Positions 1-8,534 of a DNA stretch of 34,791 nt are shown piece by piece. Both the position numbers and the translations under genes were made by a program. The first letter of the stretch is position 1; every line of letters begins with the position of its first letter. Below the pieces are notes generated by a model. It saw nothing but the letters and a program-made list of their open reading frames with translations. It did not search any database and was not told where the DNA came from. Source of the DNA: a virus; the IMG/VR virus record IMGVR_UViG_3300045988_072765; one strand, given 5' to 3'.

Positions 1-119
1 AGCCTCCCCAGACGGGGAGGCAAAGGCTTACAGCGCGGTGATCTGCTGATCTTCGATGCGGCACAGCTCTTTGAGTTTGGCCGCCACTTTGGGGCCGTGG
101 TAATAGCGGGTATCCTTAA
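1..119. repeat. Terminal overlap, copy 1 (identical to 34673..34791)
   Basis: Direct base-by-base comparison of the window ends (agcctccccagacggggagg...gtatccttaa). Confidence 0.95.
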
Positions 120-501
120 AGCACAGGAGACCATCCGAGCCATCGGAGGAGGTATAGCTGATGATGAGATACATGTCCCGCTCTTTGACCTCTTTGGTCC
201 CAGCGCCACTCACCGCGCCGACCATAGCACCGACCTCTCCAAACAGCAGGCCGCCAGCCACGGCGCGGCCAATGACCGACTTGTTTTTCTCCACAATCTT
301 TTCCTTTAGACCGTAAAACACGTCGGTGACCTGGCTGTATTGCAGGGTGACAGGTGTTTTGACCACGAGATTAGAGAGTTCCAGGTGGTCATCGTACAGA
401 GCCAGCTCTGTCATATCCCCCTTGCGGATAGGCCCGATATCGGCCTGCGGGCAAAAATAGTCGCTGGCCAAACTGCCCTTTTTCTTAAACAAAAACCCCA
501 T
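28..501 (-). CDS. Moron: 157-aa protein of unknown function with a central glycine-zipper hydrophobic segment (GRAVAGGLLFGEVGAMVGAVSGAG)
   Basis: Clean ORF with AGGAGG RBS (rc of 509-514) 7 nt before the ATG. It has its own promoter and terminator. It is the only reverse-strand gene inside the structural operon. Confidence 0.85.
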   Translation of the reverse strand: MGFLFKKKGSLASDYFCPQADIGPIRKGDMTELALYDDHLELSNLVVKTPVTLQYSQVTDVFYGLKEKIVEKNKSVIGRAVAGGLLFGEVGAMVGAVSGAGTKEVKERDMYLIISYTSSDGSDGLLCFKDTRYYHGPKVAAKLKELCRIEDQQITAL

Positions 502-524
502 TGTAATCCCTCCTTGTTGAGAAC

Positions 525-553
525 ATTTTAACTTCCTTGCCTTGCACTGTCAA
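525..553 (-). promoter_or_regulatory. Sigma70-type promoter of the moron
   Basis: On the minus strand: TTGACA (rc of 548-553), 17-nt spacer, TAAAAT (rc of 525-530), then AGGAGG and ATG. Confidence 0.7.
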
Positions 554-560
554 GGCAAGG
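535..560. promoter_or_regulatory. Perfect 10-bp inverted repeat (CCTTGCCTTG-cactgt-CAAGGCAAGG) overlapping the -35 and spacer of the moron promoter
   Basis: Read directly from the sequence. Position suggests an operator, or an RNA hairpin in the plus-strand late transcript upstream of the major tail gene. Confidence 0.6.
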
Positions 561-583
561 CTGAAACGAAAGGAGCCTGAGCT

Positions 584-1186
584 ATGGCTGTTATTGGTTT
601 GAGCAAACCCTATTACGGCATTTACAGAGCGACCGGCAACGCGGTGAGCTACGAAAACGGCGCTGTGATGGGCAAGGCCACAGAGGCCAACATTGAGATC
701 AACACCACAGAGGACAACAACCTGTACGCGGACAACGCCATCGCAGAGACCGACCGCAGCTTTGCGGGCGGCACCCTGGCGCTGAGCACCGACGACCTGA
801 GCCAGGAGGTGACCAAGGTCATCCTGGGTCTGACGGAGAACACCATCACCGGCATTGAGGGTGTGACGGACACCTCCGTCAAGGAACTGGTGTACGATGA
901 CACCCAGACCACTCCCTATCTGGGCGTGGGCTTTATCATCAAGAAAAAGGTGGGCGGCGCGTACAAGTGGCGGGCCGTGGTGCTGTGTAAGGTCATGTTT
1001 TCCGTGCCTGCGGACGCCGCCACCACCCAGGGCGAGAGCATTGAGTGGCAGGTGCCCGATCTGAGCGCCACCATCATGCGGGACGACAGCGCCACCCGCA
1101 TGTGGAAACGTGAGGCCACCTTTACCACCGAGGCCCAGGCCGAGGCCTACATCAAGGCGCGGCTTAACATCACGGTGGCAGCATGA
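584..1186 (+). CDS. Major tail protein (phi13/TP901-1-like family)
   Basis: 200 aa. N-terminal pattern (...YGIY...G..VSYENGAVMGKATEANIE...LYADNAIAE) is typical of Firmicutes siphovirus major tail proteins. Lies immediately upstream of the G/GT chaperone and tape measure. Confidence 0.85.
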   Translation: MAVIGLSKPYYGIYRATGNAVSYENGAVMGKATEANIEINTTEDNNLYADNAIAETDRSFAGGTLALSTDDLSQEVTKVILGLTENTITGIEGVTDTSVKELVYDDTQTTPYLGVGFIIKKKVGGAYKWRAVVLCKVMFSVPADAATTQGESIEWQVPDLSATIMRDDSATRMWKREATFTTEAQAEAYIKARLNITVAA

Positions 1187-1560
1187 GGACGGCGCGGATC
1201 AACATCGACGGGGCGGAGCACCTGCTGTGTTTCTCCGCCCGCGTCGTCCGCGCCTGCACGGAGCGGTATGGAGACGTTGTCAACATCGACGAGGCGCTGA
1301 CAGGCGGATCGGCTGTACAGGCCATGGACGAAGCGGTGTGGATGATCGCGGCCATGATGGACGCGGGCGCCCGATACGCCAAACTCAACGGCCTGGACAA
1401 TCCGCCCCCGCTGACGGAGGAGGAGCTGCTGGACGTGTGCGACCTGGGGGATTTTACCCAGCTGACCAGCAAGATCACGGAGACGATCACCAACGGCAAA
1501 ACCCCCACGGTGGAGGCTGAGCCCGCAAAAAATGCAAAGGCCACTCCGGCGGGCGCGTAA
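1183..1560 (+). CDS. Tail assembly chaperone, short (G-like) form
   Basis: 125-aa ORF between the major tail protein and tape measure. ATGA start/stop overlap with the upstream gene. Slippery site near its 3' end. Confidence 0.85.
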   Translation: MRTARINIDGAEHLLCFSARVVRACTERYGDVVNIDEALTGGSAVQAMDEAVWMIAAMMDAGARYAKLNGLDNPPPLTEEELLDVCDLGDFTQLTSKITETITNGKTPTVEAEPAKNAKATPAGA

Positions 1561-1736
1561 GCGAGCCGGAGTGGCTTTTGTGGTATGGGCTGCGGGTTGG
1601 CCTGACCTATGAGCAGGCCCTGGACATCCCATATGGGGAGCTGCTGGACTTTATGGCCATCGAGCGGATCAAGACAGAGGGCTTTGTCCGGCGGCGGACG
1701 TTGACGGACGAGGACATTATCCCAGATGTGAGGTGA
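1183..1736 (+). CDS. Tail assembly chaperone, long (GT-like) form, made by a programmed -1 frameshift at A_AAA_AAT (1527-1533)
   Basis: The -1 frame has a stop at 1518-1520, opens at 1521, and runs to TGA at 1734-1736. It encodes ...EWLLWYGLRVGLTYEQALDIPYGELLDFMAIERIKTEGFV..., with no start codon of its own. Confidence 0.75.
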
Positions 1737-1740
1737 GACT

Positions 1741-3765
1741 ATGGCAACAGATATCGGCCCTAAAATCGGCCTTGACGGAGAAAAAGAGTTTCGGGCGGCC
1801 CTCCAGTCCATGGGGCAGCAGCTGAAAACCCTGGACACGGAGATGCGGGCGGTGACGTCCGCATTTTCCGCCAATGACCGGAGCCAGGCGGCGCTGTCGG
1901 CCCAGTCGGATGTGCTGACCAAAAAGCTGAGCACCCAAGAGGCGCGGCTGGCGGAGATTCAGAAGGCCCTGGACTACGCCCGGGCCAACTACGCGGAAAA
2001 CAGCAACGAGGTGCAGCGGTGGCAGCAGGCGCTGAACAACGCCACGGCGGACGTAAACAAGACCAAGGCGCAGTTGACCCAGCTGGACAAGGGGCTGGGA
2101 GACACCGAGGACGCCCTGAACGACGCGGGGAAGCAGGCCGCCTCCTTTGGGGATGTGCTCAAGGCAAACCTGCTGAGCAATATCATTATCGACGGCGTCA
2201 AGCAGCTGGCCAGCGCCGTGAAAAGCATGGCCGGGGAATTTATTTCCTCCGCCGCCGAGGTCAAGGCGGAAACCTCCGCATTTGACCAGACGTTTGGCAA
2301 CCTGGGAGACACTGCTTCGGCGGCCATCGGCCGGGTAGCCGCAGAGTCCGGAATCTTGCAGACACGGCTGAACACCCTTGGAAGTAAGATTTACGCTTTT
2401 GCCCGGTCCTCCGGCGGCGACACAGAGCAGAGCATGGCCCTGATGGAGCGCGCCCTGCGGGCAGCCGCGGACTCCGCCGCCTATTACGACACCAGTGTGG
2501 AGCAGGCCACGGAGACCTTGCAGAGCTTTTTAAAGGGCAACTTTGCCAATGACGCCGCCCTGGGCCTGTCCGCCACGGAAACGACCCGCAACGCGGCGGC
2601 TATGGAGCTATTTGGCGACAAGTACGCCAACCTGACGGAGATCCAAAAGCAGGAGACGCTGCTGAAGATGGTGGAGGACTCCCAGCGGCTATCCGGCGCT
2701 ATGGGCCAGGCGGCCCGGGAAGCCGACGGCTGGGAGAACGTGACAGGCAACCTGGAAGAGACGTGGAGCCAGTTCCAGGCCCGGGCGGGCACTCCATTCC
2801 TGGAGAATCTGATCCCCTTGATCCAGAAGGTCACAGCAGAGAGCCAGGCGTGGATCGACGGTGTGGACTGGGACGGATTCGCGGCTACGGTGACAGACTT
2901 TGTTTCTTTGATCCTTGACAACGGAGACACCATTATCGCCCTGATCTCCGGCATCGGAGCCGGGTTTGTGGCATGGAACGTGGTATCCATGGTAATGGGC
3001 CTTGTTAATGCCATACAGGCGGCCCAGAAGGCCACCGAGGGCATGACGGCGGCCCAGGCAGCGCTACACGTGGTAATGAACGCTAACCCCGTCGGGGCGG
3101 TCATCACTGTGGTGGCGGCGCTGACAGCGACGCTCATCACCCTGTGGCACACAAACGAGGACTTCCGCAACGCCGTTATTGCCATCTGGGATAAGATCAA
3201 GGCGGTTTTTGTCGGCGTGGGCGGAGCGGTAAAGGAGCTGTTTACCCAGACCATCCCAAATGCGGTGCGCACGGCGGTGGACACGTTGGCAAGCCTGCCG
3301 GGCAAGGCGCTGCAATGGGGCAAGGACCTGATCGACAACTTTATCAGCGGGATCAAGTCCAAGTTGTCCGCCCTGGCCGACTCCGTCAAGAGCGTGGCCC
3401 AGACGGTGCGGGACTTTATCGGCTTTTCCGAGCCGAAAAAGGGGCCACTGTCTAATTTCCATACGTATGCGCCGGATATGATGTCCCTGTTTGCCGGAGG
3501 CATCCAGGACAACCTGTGGAGGGTGCAGGACCAGCTTAACAGCATGGGCGGCAACATCCAGGACGCCATCCCCACGCCGGCGGTGGATGCGGTGTATAAC
3601 GCGGCGGCGGGAATGGTCAACGGGCTGGCGGCGGCCAACGCCGGGAACGGCGGGGGCAGCTACACCATCAACCTGCTGCTGCAAAACGGCCAGCAGATCG
3701 CAAGCTGGCTGCTGCCCGACCTGAGAGACGCGGCGAGAAATAACCCGGAGGTGGCGAGGGCATGA
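1741..3765 (+). CDS. Tape measure protein
   Basis: 674 aa. Coiled-coil N-terminus, central hydrophobic and glycine-rich helices, canonical position after the chaperones. Confidence 0.9.
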   Translation: MATDIGPKIGLDGEKEFRAALQSMGQQLKTLDTEMRAVTSAFSANDRSQAALSAQSDVLTKKLSTQEARLAEIQKALDYARANYAENSNEVQRWQQALNNATADVNKTKAQLTQLDKGLGDTEDALNDAGKQAASFGDVLKANLLSNIIIDGVKQLASAVKSMAGEFISSAAEVKAETSAFDQTFGNLGDTASAAIGRVAAESGILQTRLNTLGSKIYAFARSSGGDTEQSMALMERALRAAADSAAYYDTSVEQATETLQSFLKGNFANDAALGLSATETTRNAAAMELFGDKYANLTEIQKQETLLKMVEDSQRLSGAMGQAAREADGWENVTGNLEETWSQFQARAGTPFLENLIPLIQKVTAESQAWIDGVDWDGFAATVTDFVSLILDNGDTIIALISGIGAGFVAWNVVSMVMGLVNAIQAAQKATEGMTAAQAALHVVMNANPVGAVITVVAALTATLITLWHTNEDFRNAVIAIWDKIKAVFVGVGGAVKELFTQTIPNAVRTAVDTLASLPGKALQWGKDLIDNFISGIKSKLSALADSVKSVAQTVRDFIGFSEPKKGPLSNFHTYAPDMMSLFAGGIQDNLWRVQDQLNSMGGNIQDAIPTPAVDAVYNAAAGMVNGLAAANAGNGGGSYTINLLLQNGQQIASWLLPDLRDAARNNPEVARA

Positions 3766-4136
3766 CACAACTGATCGTAAACGGCATCTACCTGCCGGAG
3801 ACGTCTAAGGACAAATACCAGTGCTACCCCGGGGAGCTGTCCGTCAATGTGGAAATGATCTCCGGGCGGACGGTGCGTGAGGTACGGGGCCATGTGCAAA
3901 TGATCACATGGAGCTATGACTACATGGGAAACACCCTGTGGCGACAGCTGGCGGCAGTGCTGCGGGGAAACACCTCTTTCCCGGTGGTCTATCTGCCGGA
4001 CGACAGCGACACGATGGTGTCGGGCACGTTTCTGGTGGACAGCATCACCCAGCCCACCTTTGCCTTTTCCAAGGGCGGGGTGGGCCTGTGGCACAACGTG
4101 GGCTTTACCCTGCGGGAGGTGAAACCCCATGATTAA
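3762..4136 (+). CDS. Small distal-tail or baseplate protein (Dit position)
   Basis: 124-aa ORF with overlapping start and stop codons on both sides, directly after the tape measure. Function inferred from position only. Confidence 0.55.
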   Translation: MTQLIVNGIYLPETSKDKYQCYPGELSVNVEMISGRTVREVRGHVQMITWSYDYMGNTLWRQLAAVLRGNTSFPVVYLPDDSDTMVSGTFLVDSITQPTFAFSKGGVGLWHNVGFTLREVKPHD

Positions 4137-6243
4137 GTCCTCCGCCGCCTATAAGGCGGCCATTACCGGCGACGCCCGGCGCATCCTGCTGCGGGCCATT
4201 ATCGACCTGATCTCCCCGGACATCGTATACGGCGCCGGGGAGACCAGCGGACAAATCCCATGGAGCCAGCTGCCCCAGATCCACGACAAGGTTTTTGACA
4301 CCCCCGCCAAATACGCTACGCTGGAGCACAACCGGTGGACGCTGGACGGGACGTTCGGGATCTTCCCGGACCAGGCGGCGGACGTGACGGGCCAGGTGGC
4401 CTACATCGGGGACGTGCTGTCCGGCGCGGACGGAAGCTTTGCGGCGGCGCCATGGGTGGAGCTGCAATTTTCCGGGGTGTCGGTGCTTCAGTCGTGCAGC
4501 ATCTACTTTCCCGGCGACGAGTACGACGGCCTGCCGCTGGATTTTACGGTGGAGGTCAAGCAGGGCGGCACGGCCTACTACACCAAGAGCTTTACGGGCA
4601 ACCAGGCGGCCAGCGTGGCAATGTCCGGCTTTACCGTAAACAACCCGGACGCCATCCGGGTGACGGTGAGCAAGTGGTCTCTCCCCTACCGCCGGATGCG
4701 GCTGGTGGAAATCGTCCCCGGGATCTATGAGCAGTGGGACAACAACATCATTGCAGAGTTTTCCGTTAAACAGCAGGGCAACGTGGCCTGCACGGCCCTG
4801 CCATACGGCACCTGCACGCTCAAGATGGACAACCTGTCCCGGCGGTTTGAGCCGCGGGCCAAGGACGGACTTTTCCAGAGCATCGAGGAGCGGCAGGGCA
4901 TTGACATTGCCATCGGGGTACGGCTGGCGGACGGGACAGACGATTACAAGCGGGTAGGCATCTACTACCAGTATTCCAGGGGCTGGCGGACCGGGGACAA
5001 CGGCCTGACCATGCAGTGGGATCTGGTAGACATCATCGGGCTGCTGGCCAGCCGGGAGTTTCTGCCGCCCAGCACGCTGCCCACCACGCTGGAGGGCTGG
5101 ATCGCCGCGCTGGTGGGACAGCTTGGGGTCAACTTTGCCAACCGGTACACGGTGGACCCCAATTACATCGGGGCGGCGGTGACGGCATCCTCCGTGGCCG
5201 ACGTGACGGGCAAGAGCTGCGGGGACATCCTGCGGTGGGTCTGCATGGCCGCCGGAGTGTGGCCAAGGGCGGACGCGGAGACCGGCTATCTGGCGGCGGA
5301 GCCGCTGTGGAGCGAGGGCAACAAGCTGACGCTGGACAACCTGACGGCCTATCCCATTCTGCGGGCCAACAGCGACGTGGCGGCCATTATCTTTACGCTG
5401 CACGACGGTAGCGGCACCCAGTACATCGTATCCGGCAACTCCACCGCCTCCAGCGAGACTGTGAGCATTGACAATCCGTTTATCCACACCCAGGCCCAGG
5501 CGCTGACGGCGGCGCGGATGATCCTGTCCACCTACGGAGGCAACCAGCTGGAGACCACGGGCCGGGGCGACCCCACCCGGGAGATCGGGGACGTGGAGAC
5601 GGTGTGGCTCAACGAGAGCAGCGCCACCACGGCGCGGCTAATCATGCAGACAATGCAGTTTTCCGGGGGCGTGCTCCAGGGCTGCCAGAGCCAGCTGCTC
5701 CAGGCGGACGGGTCGTTCCAGTTCCAGGGGCGCGACCAGATCACGGAGAGCGGGACATGGACGGCCCCGGCGGGCAAGACTCAGCTGCGGGTGATTTTGG
5801 TGGGACACGGCGGCAACGGCACGGCGGGCACGGACGGCAGCTGGGACGAGGCCGGAGCGCCGGGAGAGCCGGGGCTGGGCGGGCTTGTATGGGCCGGGAC
5901 CATCAATATCAACGACGGGCAGAGCTTTGCGGTGACCATCGGAGAGAATACCACTTTTGGGGCGTACAGCAGCGCCAACGGCAAGCGATACGCCAACGGC
6001 TACACGGACGTGGCCAGCGGGGACAGCTTCGCCCGGACGGGGGTGCCCTCTCCCCTGCCGGGCTCCGGCGACGGCGGAGCCGCAGGCAAGGCGGGAGCAC
6101 AGGGGCGGCGCCGACTGGAGACCAAGGTAAACGAGGACGGCTCCACCACCACCCGGTGGAGGGTATCGGCCTACCCCGGCAAGGGCACCCAGGGCAAGCA
6201 GGGCGCTCCCGGCTGCGTGGTGGTGTATTGGGACAAGGAGTGA
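4129..6243 (+). CDS. Tail-associated or baseplate hub protein (Tal position) with a glycine-rich C-terminal module
   Basis: 704 aa at the position after Dit. C-terminus reads WTAPAGKTQLRVILVGHGGNGTAGTDG...GAPGEPGLGG...GDGGAAGKAG. Confidence 0.7.
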   Translation: MIKSSAAYKAAITGDARRILLRAIIDLISPDIVYGAGETSGQIPWSQLPQIHDKVFDTPAKYATLEHNRWTLDGTFGIFPDQAADVTGQVAYIGDVLSGADGSFAAAPWVELQFSGVSVLQSCSIYFPGDEYDGLPLDFTVEVKQGGTAYYTKSFTGNQAASVAMSGFTVNNPDAIRVTVSKWSLPYRRMRLVEIVPGIYEQWDNNIIAEFSVKQQGNVACTALPYGTCTLKMDNLSRRFEPRAKDGLFQSIEERQGIDIAIGVRLADGTDDYKRVGIYYQYSRGWRTGDNGLTMQWDLVDIIGLLASREFLPPSTLPTTLEGWIAALVGQLGVNFANRYTVDPNYIGAAVTASSVADVTGKSCGDILRWVCMAAGVWPRADAETGYLAAEPLWSEGNKLTLDNLTAYPILRANSDVAAIIFTLHDGSGTQYIVSGNSTASSETVSIDNPFIHTQAQALTAARMILSTYGGNQLETTGRGDPTREIGDVETVWLNESSATTARLIMQTMQFSGGVLQGCQSQLLQADGSFQFQGRDQITESGTWTAPAGKTQLRVILVGHGGNGTAGTDGSWDEAGAPGEPGLGGLVWAGTININDGQSFAVTIGENTTFGAYSSANGKRYANGYTDVASGDSFARTGVPSPLPGSGDGGAAGKAGAQGRRRLETKVNEDGSTTTRWRVSAYPGKGTQGKQGAPGCVVVYWDKE

Positions 6244-6247
6244 GGAT

Positions 6248-6715
6248 ATGCAGCTCATTACTGACAGAGTACAGGCCGACGTGGACCGGGTGGCCCAGCT
6301 GACCGGACGGGTGAGCGCCGGGACGGCGACGGCAGCAGAGCTTGCCGAGTGGCAGAGCGACCTGAAGGGGGCCTACAACGCAAGCGACCTGAACCGGGTG
6401 GGGGCCGCCGTGGCCTATGTGGCAGGTCGGCTGAACGGCTACGGATACGCCGTGACGGTAAACCCCAAGCAGGACTGGACGGGCAGCGACATCCCCACAG
6501 CGGGGCAGATGGCTGCGTATCTGCAAGACGTGGCCGCCCTGCGGGGGGCCATAGCCGTGATGGTTAGCACGCCGCCCACGCCGGACAGCGCCAGCGGGCT
6601 GACCTGGCAGGAGGCCAACGACATCGAGCAAATCCTTTTGGATGTGGACGAGCTGCTGACCCGCATGGCGGCGGCGTGGTTTTATTCCGGCGAGCTCTAC
6701 GCCGGGGAAGTGTAA
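6248..6715 (+). CDS. Conserved tail-fibre-associated protein
   Basis: 155 aa. The motif LKGAYNASDLNRVGAAVAYV...DIPT..QM..YL..V..LR...LTWQEANDIEQIL recurs downstream of Tal genes in Firmicutes prophages (recalled from memory, not verified). Confidence 0.6.
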   Translation: MQLITDRVQADVDRVAQLTGRVSAGTATAAELAEWQSDLKGAYNASDLNRVGAAVAYVAGRLNGYGYAVTVNPKQDWTGSDIPTAGQMAAYLQDVAALRGAIAVMVSTPPTPDSASGLTWQEANDIEQILLDVDELLTRMAAAWFYSGELYAGEV

Positions 6716-6727
6716 AGGAGTGAGATC

Positions 6728-7816
6728 ATGCAGAACAGAGAGCCTACTTACCCAGGGCGGGTAACACTGACACCCGTATTCGGGCTGGCAAACACTTATG
6801 ACATGGATCGAGCCGACCAGCCCTTGCAGCCGGGAACGCCGCTGAACAAAGCGACGCTGCTGAAGGACGCCACTGCCGCACTGTATGGCCTGGGGACGGG
6901 GGCGGTGCCGGATGATGTGTTTGCGGAGCTGGGGAAGTATAAGCAGTATTGGTGGAGGAGAAGAACGCCATCTTACGTTCAATATATCGAGCAAAGATCT
7001 GATATTCAAAGTACTTATGACATCATAAGAAGAAGTATCCCACTGACGTATTCAAAGGACATTCACATAACCCCTGAAACTGGTGAAATTTCTTTAGTGT
7101 CTCCTACTAAGCTTGAACTCGGCAACGGGGAACGAGAAGACGCGGAGAGAGTTGGCAGCACGCTGGCCGCTGAAGCTCCGTGTTATATTCAAACAACAGT
7201 TGAAAATGGCGCAGGGATATACTACCTTCCACTAGGGACCACCTACAGCGCATTTGACTCCACAACACTAAGGAGAAGTTATGGAAGCTATTACTACGTG
7301 ATATTGAATTATCCTGCGTCTCCGCAAGGGCAAGTAGTCACATCTGTTCCAAGCAATGTACCCGTAGGCGAATGGGAATATCTCCAGTCCTCCACTCGCT
7401 CCGCCTACCCCGACAGCGGGACGCAGGACGGCTACGAATATGAGTATCTGGGCGTGCCCTTTGACAATGCGGTGACAGCGCCGAAGATCGAGACGGGGAG
7501 CTATATAGGCACGGGGACGTATGGGCAGGCAAATCCAAATACGCTGACGTTTGGGTTTGTCCCGAAGTTCGTATGGATTTATGAATGGTTACGGTCTGAT
7601 GGTTGGTTTGATGCTGGAGGTGCGGCGAAGATCCCATTTGAAATTATACCTGAAGGGGAATTTGGAAGAAAGTATCCCCCGTCTACCGAGCCTACACCCT
7701 CCACAAATACATACTCAAAGAGGGTTGGGTCCACTTTGTATTGGTATAACACTGGTTCAGCTGGCAACCAATTGAATTATTCAGATTCGACGTATTACTA
7801 CATCGCCATCGGCTAA
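6728..7816 (+). CDS. Tail fibre or receptor-binding protein (conserved N-terminus, AT-rich variable remainder)
   Basis: 362 aa. N-terminus PGRVTLTPV...GTPLNKATLLKD is typical of prophage fibre proteins. It is the last large structural ORF before XkdX and the lysis genes. Composition shifts inside the gene. Confidence 0.7.
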   Translation: MQNREPTYPGRVTLTPVFGLANTYDMDRADQPLQPGTPLNKATLLKDATAALYGLGTGAVPDDVFAELGKYKQYWWRRRTPSYVQYIEQRSDIQSTYDIIRRSIPLTYSKDIHITPETGEISLVSPTKLELGNGEREDAERVGSTLAAEAPCYIQTTVENGAGIYYLPLGTTYSAFDSTTLRRSYGSYYYVILNYPASPQGQVVTSVPSNVPVGEWEYLQSSTRSAYPDSGTQDGYEYEYLGVPFDNAVTAPKIETGSYIGTGTYGQANPNTLTFGFVPKFVWIYEWLRSDGWFDAGGAAKIPFEIIPEGEFGRKYPPSTEPTPSTNTYSKRVGSTLYWYNTGSAGNQLNYSDSTYYYIAIG

Positions 7817-7831
7817 GAAAGGAGGAATCCT

Positions 7832-8116
7832 ATGAGAATCGTAGAAATTCAGGCGCTGGACAACGGCGCCCACCGCAACCAGACCGTCAGCGGGGCGGTC
7901 GCTGTCCCCGATGGCTGGGCGGAGATCCCCGCCGACGTGGCCATCCCGGAAACGTTCCCCTTTGTGGACATCCAGGTGGAGGGGAACAAAGTGGTAAGCA
8001 TGACGGCTGGGGTGGTGCCCGAGCCAGAGCCCCAGCCCGAGCCGGAGCCCACGGAGACGGAGCAGCTTCGGGCGGACGTGGACTTTCTGGCGGCTATGGC
8101 GGGGGTGACGTTATGA
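7832..8116 (+). CDS. Small tail-fibre-region protein with a PEPEPQPEPEP linker (XkdW-like position)
   Basis: 94-aa ORF with GGAGG RBS. ATGA-type overlap with the XkdX-like gene. Confidence 0.6.
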   Translation: MRIVEIQALDNGAHRNQTVSGAVAVPDGWAEIPADVAIPETFPFVDIQVEGNKVVSMTAGVVPEPEPQPEPEPTETEQLRADVDFLAAMAGVTL

Positions 8117-8241
8117 GCGTGTATGAGCTGGCCCGGAAATACTACCCCCGCCTTTGGGACCGGGAGCGGCTGGAGGCCCTGCTGGCGGCGGGGCGGCTGA
8201 GCCAGGAGGAGTTTGACCGGCTGGTGGGCGCCGAAAAATAA
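8113..8241 (+). CDS. xkdX: XkdX-family small protein
   Basis: 42 aa, MSVYELARKYYPRLWDRERLEALLAAGRLSQEEFDRLVGAEK. This fits the XkdX pattern (Y...LW....v...v..G.it.eEf..l). Too short for the ORF track; found by reading the sequence. Confidence 0.7.
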   Translation: MSVYELARKYYPRLWDRERLEALLAAGRLSQEEFDRLVGAEK

Positions 8242-8274
8242 AGACCGCCCGGGTGGTGGGAGAGGAGAGAAAGA

Positions 8275-8529
8275 ATGACGGAGGCAATTATCTGCGCCAT
8301 TGTCACCGGCGGATTAAGCCTGCTGGGCATCATCTATGCGTCCAACAAGTCCGCCAGCAAGGTGGACGAAAAATTGAACACCCAGCAGGCAGTCATCGAG
8401 ACAAAAATCGAGGAGCTGACCCGGGAAGTCCGGGAACACAACAACTTCGCCCGGCGGATGCCGGTTATGGAGGAGCAGATTAAAGTCATCAACCACAGGC
8501 TCCAGGACCTGGAGCAAGGAAAGGAGTAA
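8275..8529 (+). CDS. Membrane-anchored coiled-coil protein of the lysis cassette
   Basis: 84 aa. N-terminal TM (IICAIVTGGLSLLGIIYA) followed by a coiled coil. Lies upstream of the holin. Confidence 0.6.
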   Translation: MTEAIICAIVTGGLSLLGIIYASNKSASKVDEKLNTQQAVIETKIEELTREVREHNNFARRMPVMEEQIKVINHRLQDLEQGKE

Positions 8530-8534
8530 AAATT

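Noticed and set aside
535-560. The 10-bp-stem hairpin upstream of the major tail gene as a plus-strand intrinsic terminator.
   Set aside because: It has no U-run in either orientation. It overlaps the -35 and spacer of the moron promoter, so an operator or RNA-structure role is more plausible.
1110-1520. 136-aa ORF in the -1 frame across the junction of the major tail and chaperone genes, as the frameshift partner.
   Set aside because: It ends at the stop at 1518-1520, before the slippery site, and is Arg/Pro-rich. The real -1 extension begins after that stop.
4105-5487. 460-aa reverse-strand ORF inside the Tal-position gene. Similar long antisense ORFs occur at 9122-10630, 24974-26215, 27097-28206, 29185-30251, 30781-31566 and 31422-33248.
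   Set aside because: These are shadow ORFs typical of GC-rich DNA. Their translations are Arg/Pro/Gly/His/Val-rich low-complexity strings with no motifs. Each lies fully inside a plus-strand gene with clear phage homology and an RBS.
8275-8529. Calling the 84-aa lysis-region protein XhlA.
   Set aside because: As I recall them, XhlA-family proteins have the coiled coil first and the TM helix at the C-terminus. This protein has the opposite topology, so only a generic description is given.
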